Of a stretch of DNA of 64,000 nucleotides, positions 19,272 through 28,878 are shown in pieces. Positions within the stretch are counted from its first letter, which is position 1. Each line of letters begins with the position of its first letter. Source of the DNA: Acidobacteriaceae bacterium (GTDB lineage Bacteria > Acidobacteriota > Terriglobia > Terriglobales > Acidobacteriaceae); NCBI GenBank assembly GCA_965218895.1, contig CBDCMI010000007.1, forward strand, positions 136,025-200,024. The letters run 5' to 3'. The notes under the pieces are model-generated. The model was not told where the DNA came from and did no database searches. It saw only the letters and a program-made list of their open reading frames with translations. Both the position numbers and the translations under genes were made by a program.

Positions 19272-19288
19272 TGCAGTGCTTGGGCCAA
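19272..19288 (-). promoter_or_regulatory. Putative sigma54 promoter of the PEP-CTERM gene
   Basis: Minus strand TTGGCCCAAGCACTGCA, GG-N10-GC, 3 mismatches to YTGGCACGRNNNTTGCW. Confidence 0.6.
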
Positions 19289-19303
19289 ATTGTTGATGTG
19301 TGG

Positions 19304-19316
19304 AATCAACAAGTTA
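19304..19316 (+). promoter_or_regulatory. IHF-binding consensus site
   Basis: AATCAACAAGTTA matches WATCAANNNNTTR exactly, just upstream of the -24 element. Confidence 0.55.
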
Positions 19317-19721
19317 GCTCTCACTAATGCGGCCTGACGTGCAGGAACTTGCGAGGGCAAGTAGGGATATTTTTCGCTTTGTGCGTACTTCTTGCCGTGT
19401 TTAGGGCAGAAATGTTGTGGTTTGTCGCTGTCGCGGTGGTCTGGGCGAGGCTGATCGAGACGTTCGACGCTGTGCGCAGACTTTCAGGTCGGTGCAGGAT
19501 TCTGGGGAGGAGCTCTCCGCGAGCGAGCGGATGAGGCATTCAGCTTTGCGCCGGAGCACGTGCGGTGTCTGGCTGAAGCCGTTGCCATGCAGGCTGGGGC
19601 ATCCCGACATCCGGTGTGCCTTACGGCCTGACTGGAGAGGGGTGCAGGGCTGGGCAGACGCATCGACGATCTGGGCAAACCCGGCGGATGCCGCAGCGGA
19701 CGAGCCCGCATCACGGGGCTG

Positions 19722-20570
19722 GTGGCATTATCGCAACAGGAGCTGCCCGTGATTTCGGTCCTTATCCTCACCCGCAACGAAGAGCGCGACCTCCCTGCCT
19801 GCCTCGCGTCCGTCGCCTGGTCCGACGATATCCACGTGTTTGACTCGCACTCGACGGATCGGACGGTCGAGATTGCCTCTGGGGCCGGGGCCCGGGTTAC
19901 CCAGCGCCCGTTCGACAACTACGCGGCGCATCGCAACGCAGCTCTTCGCGCGCTGCCTTTTCGTTATCCGTGGCTTCTTCTGCTCGATGCCGATGAGCGC
20001 ATTCCCTCTGCGTTGGCAGAGGAGATGCAAGAGGTCGTGCGTGACCCTGCCAAGTCCTTGGTAGCGGGATTCTCACTTCGACGGCGCGATTTTCTCTTTG
20101 GCACCTGGCTTCGCCACGCCCAGATCTCGCCCTTCTATATTCGCCTGGTCCGCCCTGAGCGCGCCCGCTACACGCGCTCCATCAACGAGGTCCTTGAGCT
20201 CGAAGGCGCTGTGGGCACGCTTGCCCAGCCCATGGACCACTTTCCCTTCTCCAAAGGGGTTGGCCATTGGGTCCGCAAGCATGATCTTTACTCCACGATG
20301 GAAGCCGAACTGATTCACCGCCAGGAGGGGCTGCAAGACCCATCGCTTCGCCTGGCACTCCGGTCTCCTGACTTCCACCAACGTCGTCTGCACCAGAAGG
20401 CGCTGTTCTATCGCCTGCCGGGCCGCCCCCTGCTGAAGTGGATGTACATGGTTGTTGTGCGCCGCGCCATCCTGGACGGCTCGGCCGGCCTCGCCTACAG
20501 TACGCTGCAGGCCTTCTACGAGTACATGATCGTGCTCAAGACCAAGGAGCTTCGGCGCGGCGGTGCGTAG
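19722..20570 (+). CDS. Glycosyltransferase family 2
   Basis: ISVLILTRNEE, FDSHSTDRT, LLLDADE. Confidence 0.9.
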   Translation: MALSQQELPVISVLILTRNEERDLPACLASVAWSDDIHVFDSHSTDRTVEIASGAGARVTQRPFDNYAAHRNAALRALPFRYPWLLLLDADERIPSALAEEMQEVVRDPAKSLVAGFSLRRRDFLFGTWLRHAQISPFYIRLVRPERARYTRSINEVLELEGAVGTLAQPMDHFPFSKGVGHWVRKHDLYSTMEAELIHRQEGLQDPSLRLALRSPDFHQRRLHQKALFYRLPGRPLLKWMYMVVVRRAILDGSAGLAYSTLQAFYEYMIVLKTKELRRGGA

Positions 20571-20603
20571 CCATGGTGGGTCAGGAAAGATTATTCGGAA
20601 AGG

Positions 20604-20680
20604 TGGTGCGCCCGAGACGATTCGAACGTCTGACCTACAGCTTCGGAGGCTGCCGCTCTATCCAGCTGAGCTACGGGCGC
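20604..20680 (-). tRNA. tRNA-Arg(CCG)
   Basis: GCGCCCGTAGCTCAGCTGGATAGAGCGGCAGCCT-CCG-AAGCTGTAGGTCAGACGTTCGAATCGTCTCGGGCGCACCA; 77 nt cloverleaf with encoded CCA. Confidence 0.97.
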
Positions 20681-20760
20681 GCTGCTTAAGCCTAGCACGC
20701 ATCCTCGGCTCGTCATCCCCTTCTCGCCAACCCCACTCTGTGCCAACTCGCAAGGATTCC

Positions 20761-21333
20761 ATGACCACCCACTCGTTCGGACGCACCCTTCTCGCCTCCA
20801 CGCTTCTGCTGCCGGCGCTCCTCGAGGCGCAGAACGTCTCCGGCGCGGCCAAAGCCCCGGCTCCCACGACGAGCCAGCAGCTCCCCAGCCCGCCCGCGAC
20901 CGCCACGGTCAAGCTGCACGGGCAGACCATCACGATCCACTACAACAGCCCGTCGATACGGGGCCGCAAGATCTTTGGCGGACTTGTGCCGTACGACCAC
21001 TGGTGGCGTACGGGGGCCAACCCTGCCACTACGTTGAACACGCCGATCGCCCTGAAGGTCGGCACCGTGAGCGTGCCGCCGGGCACCTACACCCTCTATA
21101 CCCTGCCCAGCGAGCACAGCGCCTGGCTGCTGATCGTGAACAGACAGACGGGGCAGTGGGGCACGGTCTACAACCAGAACCAAGATCTTGGCCGAAGCTC
21201 GATGGAGAGCAATGCGCTGGCCACGCCGCAGGAGACGATGTCGATCGCGTTTCAAAACACGCACGCCGACACGACGCAACTGCACGTTAAATGGGAGAAG
21301 CTGGACGAGTTCGTCACCGTGACCGCGCACTAG
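20761..21333 (+). CDS. DUF2911-family exported protein
   Basis: Signal peptide; SPPATA, YNSPSIRGRKIFGGLVPY, WRTGAN, QTGQWGT. Confidence 0.85.
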   Translation: MTTHSFGRTLLASTLLLPALLEAQNVSGAAKAPAPTTSQQLPSPPATATVKLHGQTITIHYNSPSIRGRKIFGGLVPYDHWWRTGANPATTLNTPIALKVGTVSVPPGTYTLYTLPSEHSAWLLIVNRQTGQWGTVYNQNQDLGRSSMESNALATPQETMSIAFQNTHADTTQLHVKWEKLDEFVTVTAH

Positions 21334-21343
21334 AGGTGGTCTT

Positions 21344-21889
21344 CTACCGCAACCACGTTGTTCCAGCCGGCGTGGCTGCTCGCTTAAGTGCGCGCAGCCA
21401 CGCCGCATCTGCGGCCGCCAGCTTAGCCGACGGGTAGATCGTCGCCATCAGCGGGCCATCCATTGACTCCTCTGTGGTCACCTGTGTCCCACCCTGCGCC
21501 GCAGGCTCGACGCGCCACATATGAATCGCCCGCGCTGTTGCCACGGTTCCCGTCCACCCGAAGCTCTGTCCAGGCACGAGAAACGCCACCTCGGAGTGGA
21601 TTGTGCTTCCACCCGTCCGCCAGACGAACGAAGTGCCAACCCGAAGCGCTCCTGCCATCGACGTCTCTGAGACCTCGCGATTCCACCTGGGCCAGCTCGG
21701 CACGTCCGTCAATAAGGCCCAGACCACCGGTGGCGGGGCGCCAATCCACTCCGTTTGCCGCGTCTGCACGGGGGCTCGGTGATTGATTTCACCCCGAAGG
21801 GCAAGGTCCTTCAACCTGCTCGCGGGAAGACCACATCCCACCGCCAGTAGCAACAGAACCGATCCTCCGAGCTGAGCTCCTTTTACCAC
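21344..21889 (-). CDS. SRPBCC (START-like) family protein, probable lipoprotein
   Basis: IGAPPPVVWALLTDVPSWPRWN; GTG start overlaps the gcvPB stop; lipobox-like LLAVGC. Confidence 0.75.
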   Translation of the reverse strand: MVKGAQLGGSVLLLLAVGCGLPASRLKDLALRGEINHRAPVQTRQTEWIGAPPPVVWALLTDVPSWPRWNREVSETSMAGALRVGTSFVWRTGGSTIHSEVAFLVPGQSFGWTGTVATARAIHMWRVEPAAQGGTQVTTEESMDGPLMATIYPSAKLAAADAAWLRALKRAATPAGTTWLR

Positions 21890-23469
21890 TCGCGCGCGGC
21901 TGAGTCGGCGACCAGCGGCGTGCTCGCGACCGGGGCCTTCCACCGCAGCACCGGCTTGCGGGCCGCCGCAGTTTCGTCCAGCCGCCGCAGCCGTGTGGTG
22001 TGGGGCGCGGTCTTGACCAGCTCGGGATTTTCCGCCGCTTCCCGCGCGATCTGCTGCAGCGCATTCACCAGCAGGTCCAGTTCTTCGCGCGACTCCGACT
22101 CCGTCGGCTCGATCATCATTGCGCCCGGCACGATGAGGGGGAAGCTGGTGGTGTAGGCGTGGAAGCCGTAGTCGATCATGCGCTTGCCCATGTCGCCGGT
22201 CTTCACGCCGTTGCGCGCCTGCAGCTTGTCCGAGAAGACGACCTCATGCAGCGAGGGTGTTGTGTACGGCAGATCGAAGGTCCCCTGCAGTTTGGCGCGC
22301 AAATAGTTGGCGTTGAGCACGGCGTCCTCGGTGGTCTGGCGCAGGCCGTCCGGGCCGTTGGCCAGGATGTAGGCGAGCGCCCTCACAAACATGCCAAAGT
22401 TGCCGTAGAACATGCGCACCCGCCCTACTGTCTGCGGGCGATGGAAGTTCAGCGTCAGGGTTCCATCGGACTTTGTGGCGAGGACGGGTGTGGGCAGAAA
22501 CGGTTCGAGGAGCTTTTTGCACGCAACCGGCCCGGAGCCCGGCCCACCGCCACCATGCGGCGTGGAGAAGGTCTTATGGAGGTTGAGATGCATGACGTCG
22601 ACGCCGAAGTCCCCCGGCCGCGTCTTGCCGACGAGCGCGTTCATGTTCGCGCCATCCATGTAGAGCAGCGCGCCTTTGGCGTGCAGGATGTCGGCGATCC
22701 TGTGGATCTCGCTCTCAAAGACGCCGATGGTCGAGGGATTGGTGAGCATGAGCGCCGCCGTGTCCTCGTCCACCATCTTTTCGAGTTCGGCGACGTCGAC
22801 CATGCCGTGCGCGTTCGACTTCAGGTTAGCGACCTGGTAGCCGCAGACCGCTGCGGTGGCTGGATTTGTCCCGTGGGCGGAATCCGGGATGATGATCTTC
22901 TTGCGGGCATTGCCCTTGCTCTCGTGGTAGGCGCGCACCAGCAGAATGCCGGTGAACTCGCCGTGCGCGCCCGCCGCCGGCTGCAGCGTGATGGCATCCA
23001 TCCCAGTGATTTCGAGCAGCGCGTCGCTTAGCGTCTTCATGATGCCGAGCACACCCTGCGAGAGCGACTCCGGCTGGTACGGATGCGCCTCCGCGATGCC
23101 TTCGAAGCGACTGACCAGCTCGTTGACGCGCCCGTTGTACTTCATGGTGCAGGAGCCCAGCGGATACATGCCGAGGTCGATGGCGTAGTTCCACGTCGAC
23201 ATGCGCGTGAAGTGCCGGACGATCTCGATCTCGCTTAGCTCCGGCATGACGCCGAGGTCCGCGCGGGCCGCCTCGCCCAAGAGGCTCTTCGCATCGACTG
23301 CGGGCACATCAAGCTCGGCCATGCGATAGGCCTTTTTGCCGGGCGACGATTTCTCAAACATCAACGCCTCGTTCTGGTTGACGTGGGTCGTCGCCTTCAC
23401 GGGCGTGCCGACGAACTTTTCCTGCGTCCCGGGTGCCGCTGCTTCCGCTTCCATCACTGGCTGCGCCAT
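21883..23469 (-). CDS. gcvPB: Glycine dehydrogenase (decarboxylating) subunit 2
   Basis: PLGSCTMKYN, SAHGTNPA, PLP site HLNLHKTFSTPHGGGGPG. Confidence 0.96.
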   Translation of the reverse strand: MAQPVMEAEAAAPGTQEKFVGTPVKATTHVNQNEALMFEKSSPGKKAYRMAELDVPAVDAKSLLGEAARADLGVMPELSEIEIVRHFTRMSTWNYAIDLGMYPLGSCTMKYNGRVNELVSRFEGIAEAHPYQPESLSQGVLGIMKTLSDALLEITGMDAITLQPAAGAHGEFTGILLVRAYHESKGNARKKIIIPDSAHGTNPATAAVCGYQVANLKSNAHGMVDVAELEKMVDEDTAALMLTNPSTIGVFESEIHRIADILHAKGALLYMDGANMNALVGKTRPGDFGVDVMHLNLHKTFSTPHGGGGPGSGPVACKKLLEPFLPTPVLATKSDGTLTLNFHRPQTVGRVRMFYGNFGMFVRALAYILANGPDGLRQTTEDAVLNANYLRAKLQGTFDLPYTTPSLHEVVFSDKLQARNGVKTGDMGKRMIDYGFHAYTTSFPLIVPGAMMIEPTESESREELDLLVNALQQIAREAAENPELVKTAPHTTRLRRLDETAAARKPVLRWKAPVASTPLVADSAAREW

Positions 23470-23493
23470 TTTGCTCCTTGTCTGGTGACACAT

Positions 23494-23841
23494 CTAAAAC
23501 TCGACGGCGTCCTCGCCCGAGCCGTCTTCCGAGTACGAGCCCGCCTCTGGCCCGCTCATGTCTTCTTCGCGCAACGAGAGCGCCAGCACATTGCCGTTGG
23601 CGAGCTTGAGGGTCATGGCGCCGCCTTCTTCGAGTTCGGCAGTTTCCACCTCTTCGCCAATCTGTGCGCAAAGTTGATCGCGATAGCCGGGCTCGCCATA
23701 GGAGACGGAATACTCCGCGAGGACGACACTCGGCCACTCGAAGAGCGTGAGGGCCGGGCCGTCGGCGAAGCGCAGCTGGAGGTGATCCTCGACAAACGCG
23801 ACCGTATGCAGCTCCTGGCCTTCCAGCGTAGAGAGGTCCAT
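23494..23841 (-). CDS. Acidic hypothetical protein (115 aa)
   Basis: MDLSTLEGQELHTVAFVEDHLQLRF...; fills the gap between the osmC-like gene and gcvPB. Confidence 0.7.
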   Translation of the reverse strand: MDLSTLEGQELHTVAFVEDHLQLRFADGPALTLFEWPSVVLAEYSVSYGEPGYRDQLCAQIGEEVETAELEEGGAMTLKLANGNVLALSLREEDMSGPEAGSYSEDGSGEDAVEF

Positions 23842-23843
23842 GG

Positions 23844-24347
23844 CTAGCGGTCTCTTGCCAGGGTGATCGGAGCCGAAGCGCGGTGCGTGACCGGCTCGCA
23901 GCGCACCGGGAAGTTGACGGAGTTGGCGATGAAGCATCGCCGATGCGCCTCGGCGTGCAGCGCCTGCGCGAGTGCGGGGTCGCTTTCGGCGGTCACGGTG
24001 ACTTCGGGTCGCAGCGTGACGGATTCGAAGTGCCCTGTTGCGCCGGCAGGTGACGTTCGCATGACGCCCTCGGCGCGGTCGACGTACTCGGTGACGACCA
24101 CGCCCGAGACGGCTGCGAGGTGCAGCAGCCATAGCTTATGACAGGCGGCGAGCGAGCCGACGAGCAGTTGCTCGGGGTTCCACCTGCCCGGATCTCCGCG
24201 AAAGACGACATCGGATGAACCTGCGATGCCGTGCGTGCCTTCGGCCTCGAGCTCAAAGGCGCGGCTGTAGTCGGCGTAGCCGGTTGTTCCCTTGCCGGTG
24301 TTGCCGGTCCACGTGACCGTCACTTCGTACCGATGCAAGTCGTTCAT
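23844..24347 (-). CDS. OsmC/Ohr-family protein
   Basis: NPEQLLVGSLAACHKLW and AHRRCFIANS, two conserved Cys. Confidence 0.9.
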   Translation of the reverse strand: MNDLHRYEVTVTWTGNTGKGTTGYADYSRAFELEAEGTHGIAGSSDVVFRGDPGRWNPEQLLVGSLAACHKLWLLHLAAVSGVVVTEYVDRAEGVMRTSPAGATGHFESVTLRPEVTVTAESDPALAQALHAEAHRRCFIANSVNFPVRCEPVTHRASAPITLARDR

Positions 24348-24365
24348 TGCACTCTCCCGTTTGAC

Positions 24366-24812
24366 TCAATGCCCCGCACGGGGCGGAAATCCCTCATACG
24401 TGATGCGTGTTGGCCCGCTGTGATCGGTCTGCTTCCGGATGTCGGCAGCCTGGACTGCACAGCCGTCGCAGATGATCTTCAGGTCCTCGGCGGAGGTCCA
24501 CTGCAGCCGCAGTCCGGGTGCACGCGCGGCCTGCAGCACCGCGCTGTTGGCCAGGTCGGCCCGCCCCAGCGGCAGCTGGTCGTTCGGCAGCACGACGACA
24601 TAGCTTTCTCCGTCAGCGGGCCCTCCTGGTTCTGTTCGTTGGACGACATAGGCGGTGTTCTGTCCGTTGGGGTTGCGCGTCTCGGCCTCGACCACATCGG
24701 GGGCGGGCCCGCTTTTGCACCCCGCAAGCAGCGGGATGGCCAAGCAGACAGCGACACCCAGGCTGGCCGCGCGCAGGCCGACAGGCGAGCGGCCTAGGCC
24801 CGGCGCTGCCAT
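24366..24812 (-). CDS. Hypothetical lipoprotein
   Basis: ATG overlapping the gcvPA stop (TGATG); lipobox LLAGC; late CDGC. Confidence 0.7.
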   Translation of the reverse strand: MAAPGLGRSPVGLRAASLGVAVCLAIPLLAGCKSGPAPDVVEAETRNPNGQNTAYVVQRTEPGGPADGESYVVVLPNDQLPLGRADLANSAVLQAARAPGLRLQWTSAEDLKIICDGCAVQAADIRKQTDHSGPTRITYEGFPPRAGH

Positions 24813-26176
24813 CAGCGTGCCGCCCCCGCTGTCGCGGGTGCCATCGCCCCCACGGCCGCCGTTGCCAACTCGATCTGCGATCGCGATGTCATCTCCGTCG
24901 CGCACCACAGCGCCGCCCGGGGGCCGAGCTCCGGATACCACTGTGCCAGGGCCACGCCGCCGAGTACCTTGTGGTCCAGCAAGGTCTCGTTCACTGCTTC
25001 GACTGTCTCCGGAAGATCCACGGCCAACTCGTTAAAGACCGGCGCTCCCGCAAAGATCCGCTTCGCCCCGCTCTTGGCGAGCTCGCCCGAGAGAAAGGCT
25101 GCCTTTGCCAGGTTGTGCTCGCCCAGTTCGCGCAGCCCTTGCTTGCCGTAAACCGTGAGAAATACGGTCACCATCATGGCCACGAGCGCCTGGTTGGTGC
25201 AGATGTTCGAGGTCGCCTTCTCCCGCCGGATGTGCTGTTCACGTGTGGACAGCGTCAGCACAAAGCCGCGTTTGCCGTCCACGTCCTTGGTCTCGCCTAC
25301 CAGGCGCCCCGGCATCTGCCGAAGAAACTTTTCCTTGCATGCCAGCACGCCGCAGTACGGTCCACCATAGCTGAGCGCCACTCCAAAGCTCTGCGCCTCC
25401 AGCGAGACGATATCCGCTTCCTTCGGCGGCCGCACCACTCCCAGCGAGACCGCTTCTGCGATGGAGACGATCAGTAGCGCGCCCTTCGTGTGCGCCAGCT
25501 CCGCCACTGCCGCCACATCCTCAATCGTCCCGAAGAAGTTCGGTGACTGAATCAGCACGCATGCCGTATCGGTTGTGATCGCCGTCTCCAGCGCTGCGAG
25601 ATCCACACGCCCCGTCGCCCGGTCGTACTTCACCTCCGTCGCCGGAACCCCTTGATGCTGCGCATAGGTATGGATCACCTCGCGATACTCCGGATGCACC
25701 GTCCGCGCGATCACGGCACCGTTGCGCCCCGTCACGCGCACCGCCATCATGATCGCCTCGGCCGCGCCCGTTGAGCCGTCGTACATGCTCGCGTTCGCAA
25801 TCTCCATGCCCGTCAGCTCGCAGATCATCGTCTGAAACTCAAACATCGCCTGCAGCGTGCCCTGTGCGATCTCCGGCTGATAGGGCGTATAGCTGGTCAA
25901 GAACTCGCCTCGCGAGATCACGGTGTCGATCAATACCGGCCGGTAGTGCCGATAACAGCCCGCACCGAGGAAGCTCGCATACCCCGCCGCATTGCGCTCC
26001 GCATACCCCCGAAACGCATCCACGATCTCCGACTCACCATGCTGCCGCGGCACGTCTAAATCCCGCCGCAGCTGGTACTCCGCGGGTATGGTCGCAAATA
26101 AAGCATCGATCGAGCCCACGCCGATTTCGTGGAGCATGCTTTCCCGGTCCGCGGGCGACTTCGGTAGGTAGCGCAT
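24812..26176 (-). CDS. gcvPA: Glycine dehydrogenase (decarboxylating) subunit 1
   Basis: [37 protein letters not shown]. Confidence 0.96.
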   Translation of the reverse strand: MRYLPKSPADRESMLHEIGVGSIDALFATIPAEYQLRRDLDVPRQHGESEIVDAFRGYAERNAAGYASFLGAGCYRHYRPVLIDTVISRGEFLTSYTPYQPEIAQGTLQAMFEFQTMICELTGMEIANASMYDGSTGAAEAIMMAVRVTGRNGAVIARTVHPEYREVIHTYAQHQGVPATEVKYDRATGRVDLAALETAITTDTACVLIQSPNFFGTIEDVAAVAELAHTKGALLIVSIAEAVSLGVVRPPKEADIVSLEAQSFGVALSYGGPYCGVLACKEKFLRQMPGRLVGETKDVDGKRGFVLTLSTREQHIRREKATSNICTNQALVAMMVTVFLTVYGKQGLRELGEHNLAKAAFLSGELAKSGAKRIFAGAPVFNELAVDLPETVEAVNETLLDHKVLGGVALAQWYPELGPRAALWCATEMTSRSQIELATAAVGAMAPATAGAAR

Positions 26177-26181
26177 CGTCT

Positions 26182-26571
26182 CTAGTGTCCTGTCTCTTCC
26201 TGGACGAACTGCTCATACTCCGCCGCGCTCAGCAGGCTGCCCGCCTCCATCGTGTCCACCAGATCCACCTTGATGATCCACGTGGTGTTCGCGTCTGTGT
26301 TGATCACCTCCGGCGTCGTCGTCAGCGCCTCGTTGACTGCCGACACATTGCCTGTGACCGGCGCGTACAGGTCGCTCACCGCCTTGACACTCTCCACCGA
26401 ACCAAACGTCGACCCTGCCTCGATCCGCTCGCCGACTTTCGGCATCTCGACAAAGACAATGTCGCCCAGCGAGCTTTGCGCGTAATCGGTGATGCCGATC
26501 ACGCCGATCTCTCCCTGAACCTCCAGCCACTCATGCTCTTTGGTGTACTTGTATTGCTCCGGATACGCCAT
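26182..26571 (-). CDS. gcvH: Glycine cleavage system H protein
   Basis: [14 protein letters not shown], lipoyl-Lys in VESVKAVSD. Confidence 0.96.
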   Translation of the reverse strand: MAYPEQYKYTKEHEWLEVQGEIGVIGITDYAQSSLGDIVFVEMPKVGERIEAGSTFGSVESVKAVSDLYAPVTGNVSAVNEALTTTPEVINTDANTTWIIKVDLVDTMEAGSLLSAAEYEQFVQEETGH

Positions 26572-26604
26572 GCTTTCGGTGTCCTCGTCTCCCGTATTGT
26601 AGAG

Positions 26605-27771
26605 TTACTGCGCGGCTGGCGCTGTCGCGACCGGCGTCGTCTTCCGCACACGTTTGTAGAACGGAATCGGCACGACCACCGCGTTGACCGGAGCACCCCG
26701 TACCTCCACCGCAAGCTCCGTTCCTGCCTCGCTCATGCCCACCGGCACATACGCGAGCGCGATGTTCTTTTTGAGATAGGGCGCGGGCGATCCGGACGTC
26801 ACATACCCCACCTTCTCGCCATCCGTCCCAACTACCGCGTAGCCGTCGCGCGCGATTCCCCGTCCCGTCATCTCCAGACCCACCAGCTTCCGCTGTGGGC
26901 CACCCTCCACCTGCACGCGCTCGATCGCGTCTTTGCCCACGAAGTCCGGTTTATCCAGCTTCGCATACCGCCCAAGCCCCGCCTCGACCACATTGATTTC
27001 GTCCGAGATCTCATGCCCATAGAGCGCCATCGCCGCCTCCAGCCGCAGCGTATTCCGCGCTCCCAGACCACAGGGCAGAATGCCGAACTCCTGGCCTGCC
27101 GCCAGGACCTCGTCCCACACCCGCGAACTGGTCGGCTCGTCAGACGGGATGTAGATCTCGAAGCCATCCTCACCCGTGTACCCCGTCCTTGCGATCATCA
27201 CGTTGTGCAGACCGGCGACCTGCCCCCACGTGAACCAGTAATTCTTGATCGCGCTCAGATCCACCGGGGTCAACTTCTGCAGCGTCTCCAGCGCCCGCGG
27301 CCCCTGGATGGCCAGCTGCGTGTAGAAGTCCGAAAAGTCATTGATGTGCACCGACGGCATCCCGCCGATCACGCGCCTCACCCACTGCACATCCTTGTCG
27401 CGCGTCCCGGCGTTGATCACAATCAGGTAGTCGTTTTCGCCCAGTTTGTGCACCACAATATCGTCAACAAAGGTCCCCTCCGGGGTGAGCATCGCCGAGT
27501 AGTGCGCCTGCCCTACCTGCAGCCTGCTCGCATCATTCATTGAAAGCCGCTGGATGGCGGCGAGCGAACCCGGCCCGCGCAGCTGAATATCACCCATGTG
27601 CGAGACGTCGAAGACACCCACCGCAGACCGCACAGCCATGTGCTCGGCTGTAATCCCCGAGTACTCCACCGGCATATCCCAGCCGCCGAAGTCCACCATC
27701 TTGGCCCGGGAGTCGCGATGTCGATTGTTCAGCGCCGTCCGGCGCAACACGGGTGCAAGCGTCTCAGCCAT
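26605..27771 (-). CDS. gcvT: Glycine cleavage system aminomethyltransferase T
   Basis: FGGWDMPVEY, FDVSHMG, RTGYTGEDGFE, GLGARNTLRLEA. Confidence 0.96.
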   Translation of the reverse strand: MAETLAPVLRRTALNNRHRDSRAKMVDFGGWDMPVEYSGITAEHMAVRSAVGVFDVSHMGDIQLRGPGSLAAIQRLSMNDASRLQVGQAHYSAMLTPEGTFVDDIVVHKLGENDYLIVINAGTRDKDVQWVRRVIGGMPSVHINDFSDFYTQLAIQGPRALETLQKLTPVDLSAIKNYWFTWGQVAGLHNVMIARTGYTGEDGFEIYIPSDEPTSSRVWDEVLAAGQEFGILPCGLGARNTLRLEAAMALYGHEISDEINVVEAGLGRYAKLDKPDFVGKDAIERVQVEGGPQRKLVGLEMTGRGIARDGYAVVGTDGEKVGYVTSGSPAPYLKKNIALAYVPVGMSEAGTELAVEVRGAPVNAVVVPIPFYKRVRKTTPVATAPAAQ

Positions 27772-27941
27772 GGTTCGATCCTCAGCCCGGAAGCTCGGGC
27801 ACACCTCCAGCGTAGCACCGCGACAGGCCCCCGCTGAGGTCTCCGCGGTCGCTACGGCAGGTGCCGGTAAAGCTCAGCGTAGCGCCGGCGTCCAGCCCAA
27901 AGCGCAGGTACTAAACTCGCCGCAACACGTTGCAGTCTTCC

Positions 27942-28436
27942 CTATCCCCGTCGACGGCCCCGCCGTTTGGCCGCCAGAAAGCTCGATGCGGTGAAGTAGC
28001 CGAAGACCGCGAGCATCCCCAGCGCCCAAAGAAGACGCTGATGGCCCGCAACGCCCGGATGCAGGGCACCCCGCAGCCGCCACGCCGCTCCGGCCGCCAT
28101 CAGTGCAAAGATGCCAAAGAACATCCCGGTCACTTCCAGCCACAGCACGCCTGAAAGCCGCACCGTCGGCTCCCACACGGCGCGCCCAAACCGCCGCCCG
28201 CCCTCCGCCAGCCCTCGCCGCTGCCCGGCCGTCTCGCGCGTCTCTGCCCGGCCCGTCGCTGCCTTTCCCGCGCCTGCTCCGCTCGTCCCAGCCCGCCCGG
28301 ACTCCGTGGGGATGCCTCGTGGCCGAGCCGTCTCCCGCGGGTTCGGCGACGTTGCCGCGTCCACCGCACCCACCACCGTCTTCGCCGCGTGCCGTGCACC
28401 CACACCCAACACCCGACCCAGCCGTCCGCTGTCCAT
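27942..28436 (-). CDS. Hypothetical membrane protein
   Basis: MDSGRLGRVLGVGAR...; two C-terminal TM helices (LWLEVTGMFFGIFA). Confidence 0.65.
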   Translation of the reverse strand: MDSGRLGRVLGVGARHAAKTVVGAVDAATSPNPRETARPRGIPTESGRAGTSGAGAGKAATGRAETRETAGQRRGLAEGGRRFGRAVWEPTVRLSGVLWLEVTGMFFGIFALMAAGAAWRLRGALHPGVAGHQRLLWALGMLAVFGYFTASSFLAAKRRGRRRG

Positions 28437-28551
28437 GCCACAAAGTCTATCGCCCGCAGTGCCTCCACACGCTCGGCGCACTGCATCCAATCCGCAAACA
28501 GCGACCTTCCGAGGCGCCCGACCAGACCTCTCCTCCAAGGAGCTTCACCCC

Positions 28552-28698
28552 ATGAAAAAGGCTTTCCTGCTTACCTGTGGCCTTTGCGCCGCTGCCGCCG
28601 GCTTTCTGATGTGGAACAAGAAACAGCGCGCCCCCGTCGACGAACTCGCGCGCCGGCTCCAGGATGCCTGGGCAGACCACCACACCACCGTCGCCTAG
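28552..28698 (+). CDS. Small single-TM protein (48 aa)
   Basis: AAGGAG RBS; MKKAFLLTCGLCAAAAGFLMW...LQDAWADHHTTVA. Confidence 0.65.
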   Translation: MKKAFLLTCGLCAAAAGFLMWNKKQRAPVDELARRLQDAWADHHTTVA

Positions 28699-28878
28699 AC
28701 GTCGTGTTCCACCTTTGCGGTACGTCGCAGCTCTTTTGCGGAAGCCCGTCTCGCGGAGTATCGTGAAACCATCACACCGCGCGGGAGGCGACCGACACCA
28801 CGCGGTGCCCACCTGCATACCCAACCGCCATGATCAATCGAGCGGCCATGGGACCCGCAGCACATGCCGGAGGTGGCA

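Noticed and set aside
7250-20680. EPS locus as an island integrated at tRNA-Arg
   Set aside because: No duplicated tRNA 3' end and no integrase found by eye.
20563-20760. N-terminal extension of the DUF2911 ORF
   Set aside because: It reads through the antisense of tRNA-Arg; the real start is ATG 20761 with a signal peptide.
27772-27941. Glycine riboswitch upstream of gcvT
   Set aside because: Conserved aptamer motifs (GGAGA...CCGAAG...CUCUCAGG) are not present.
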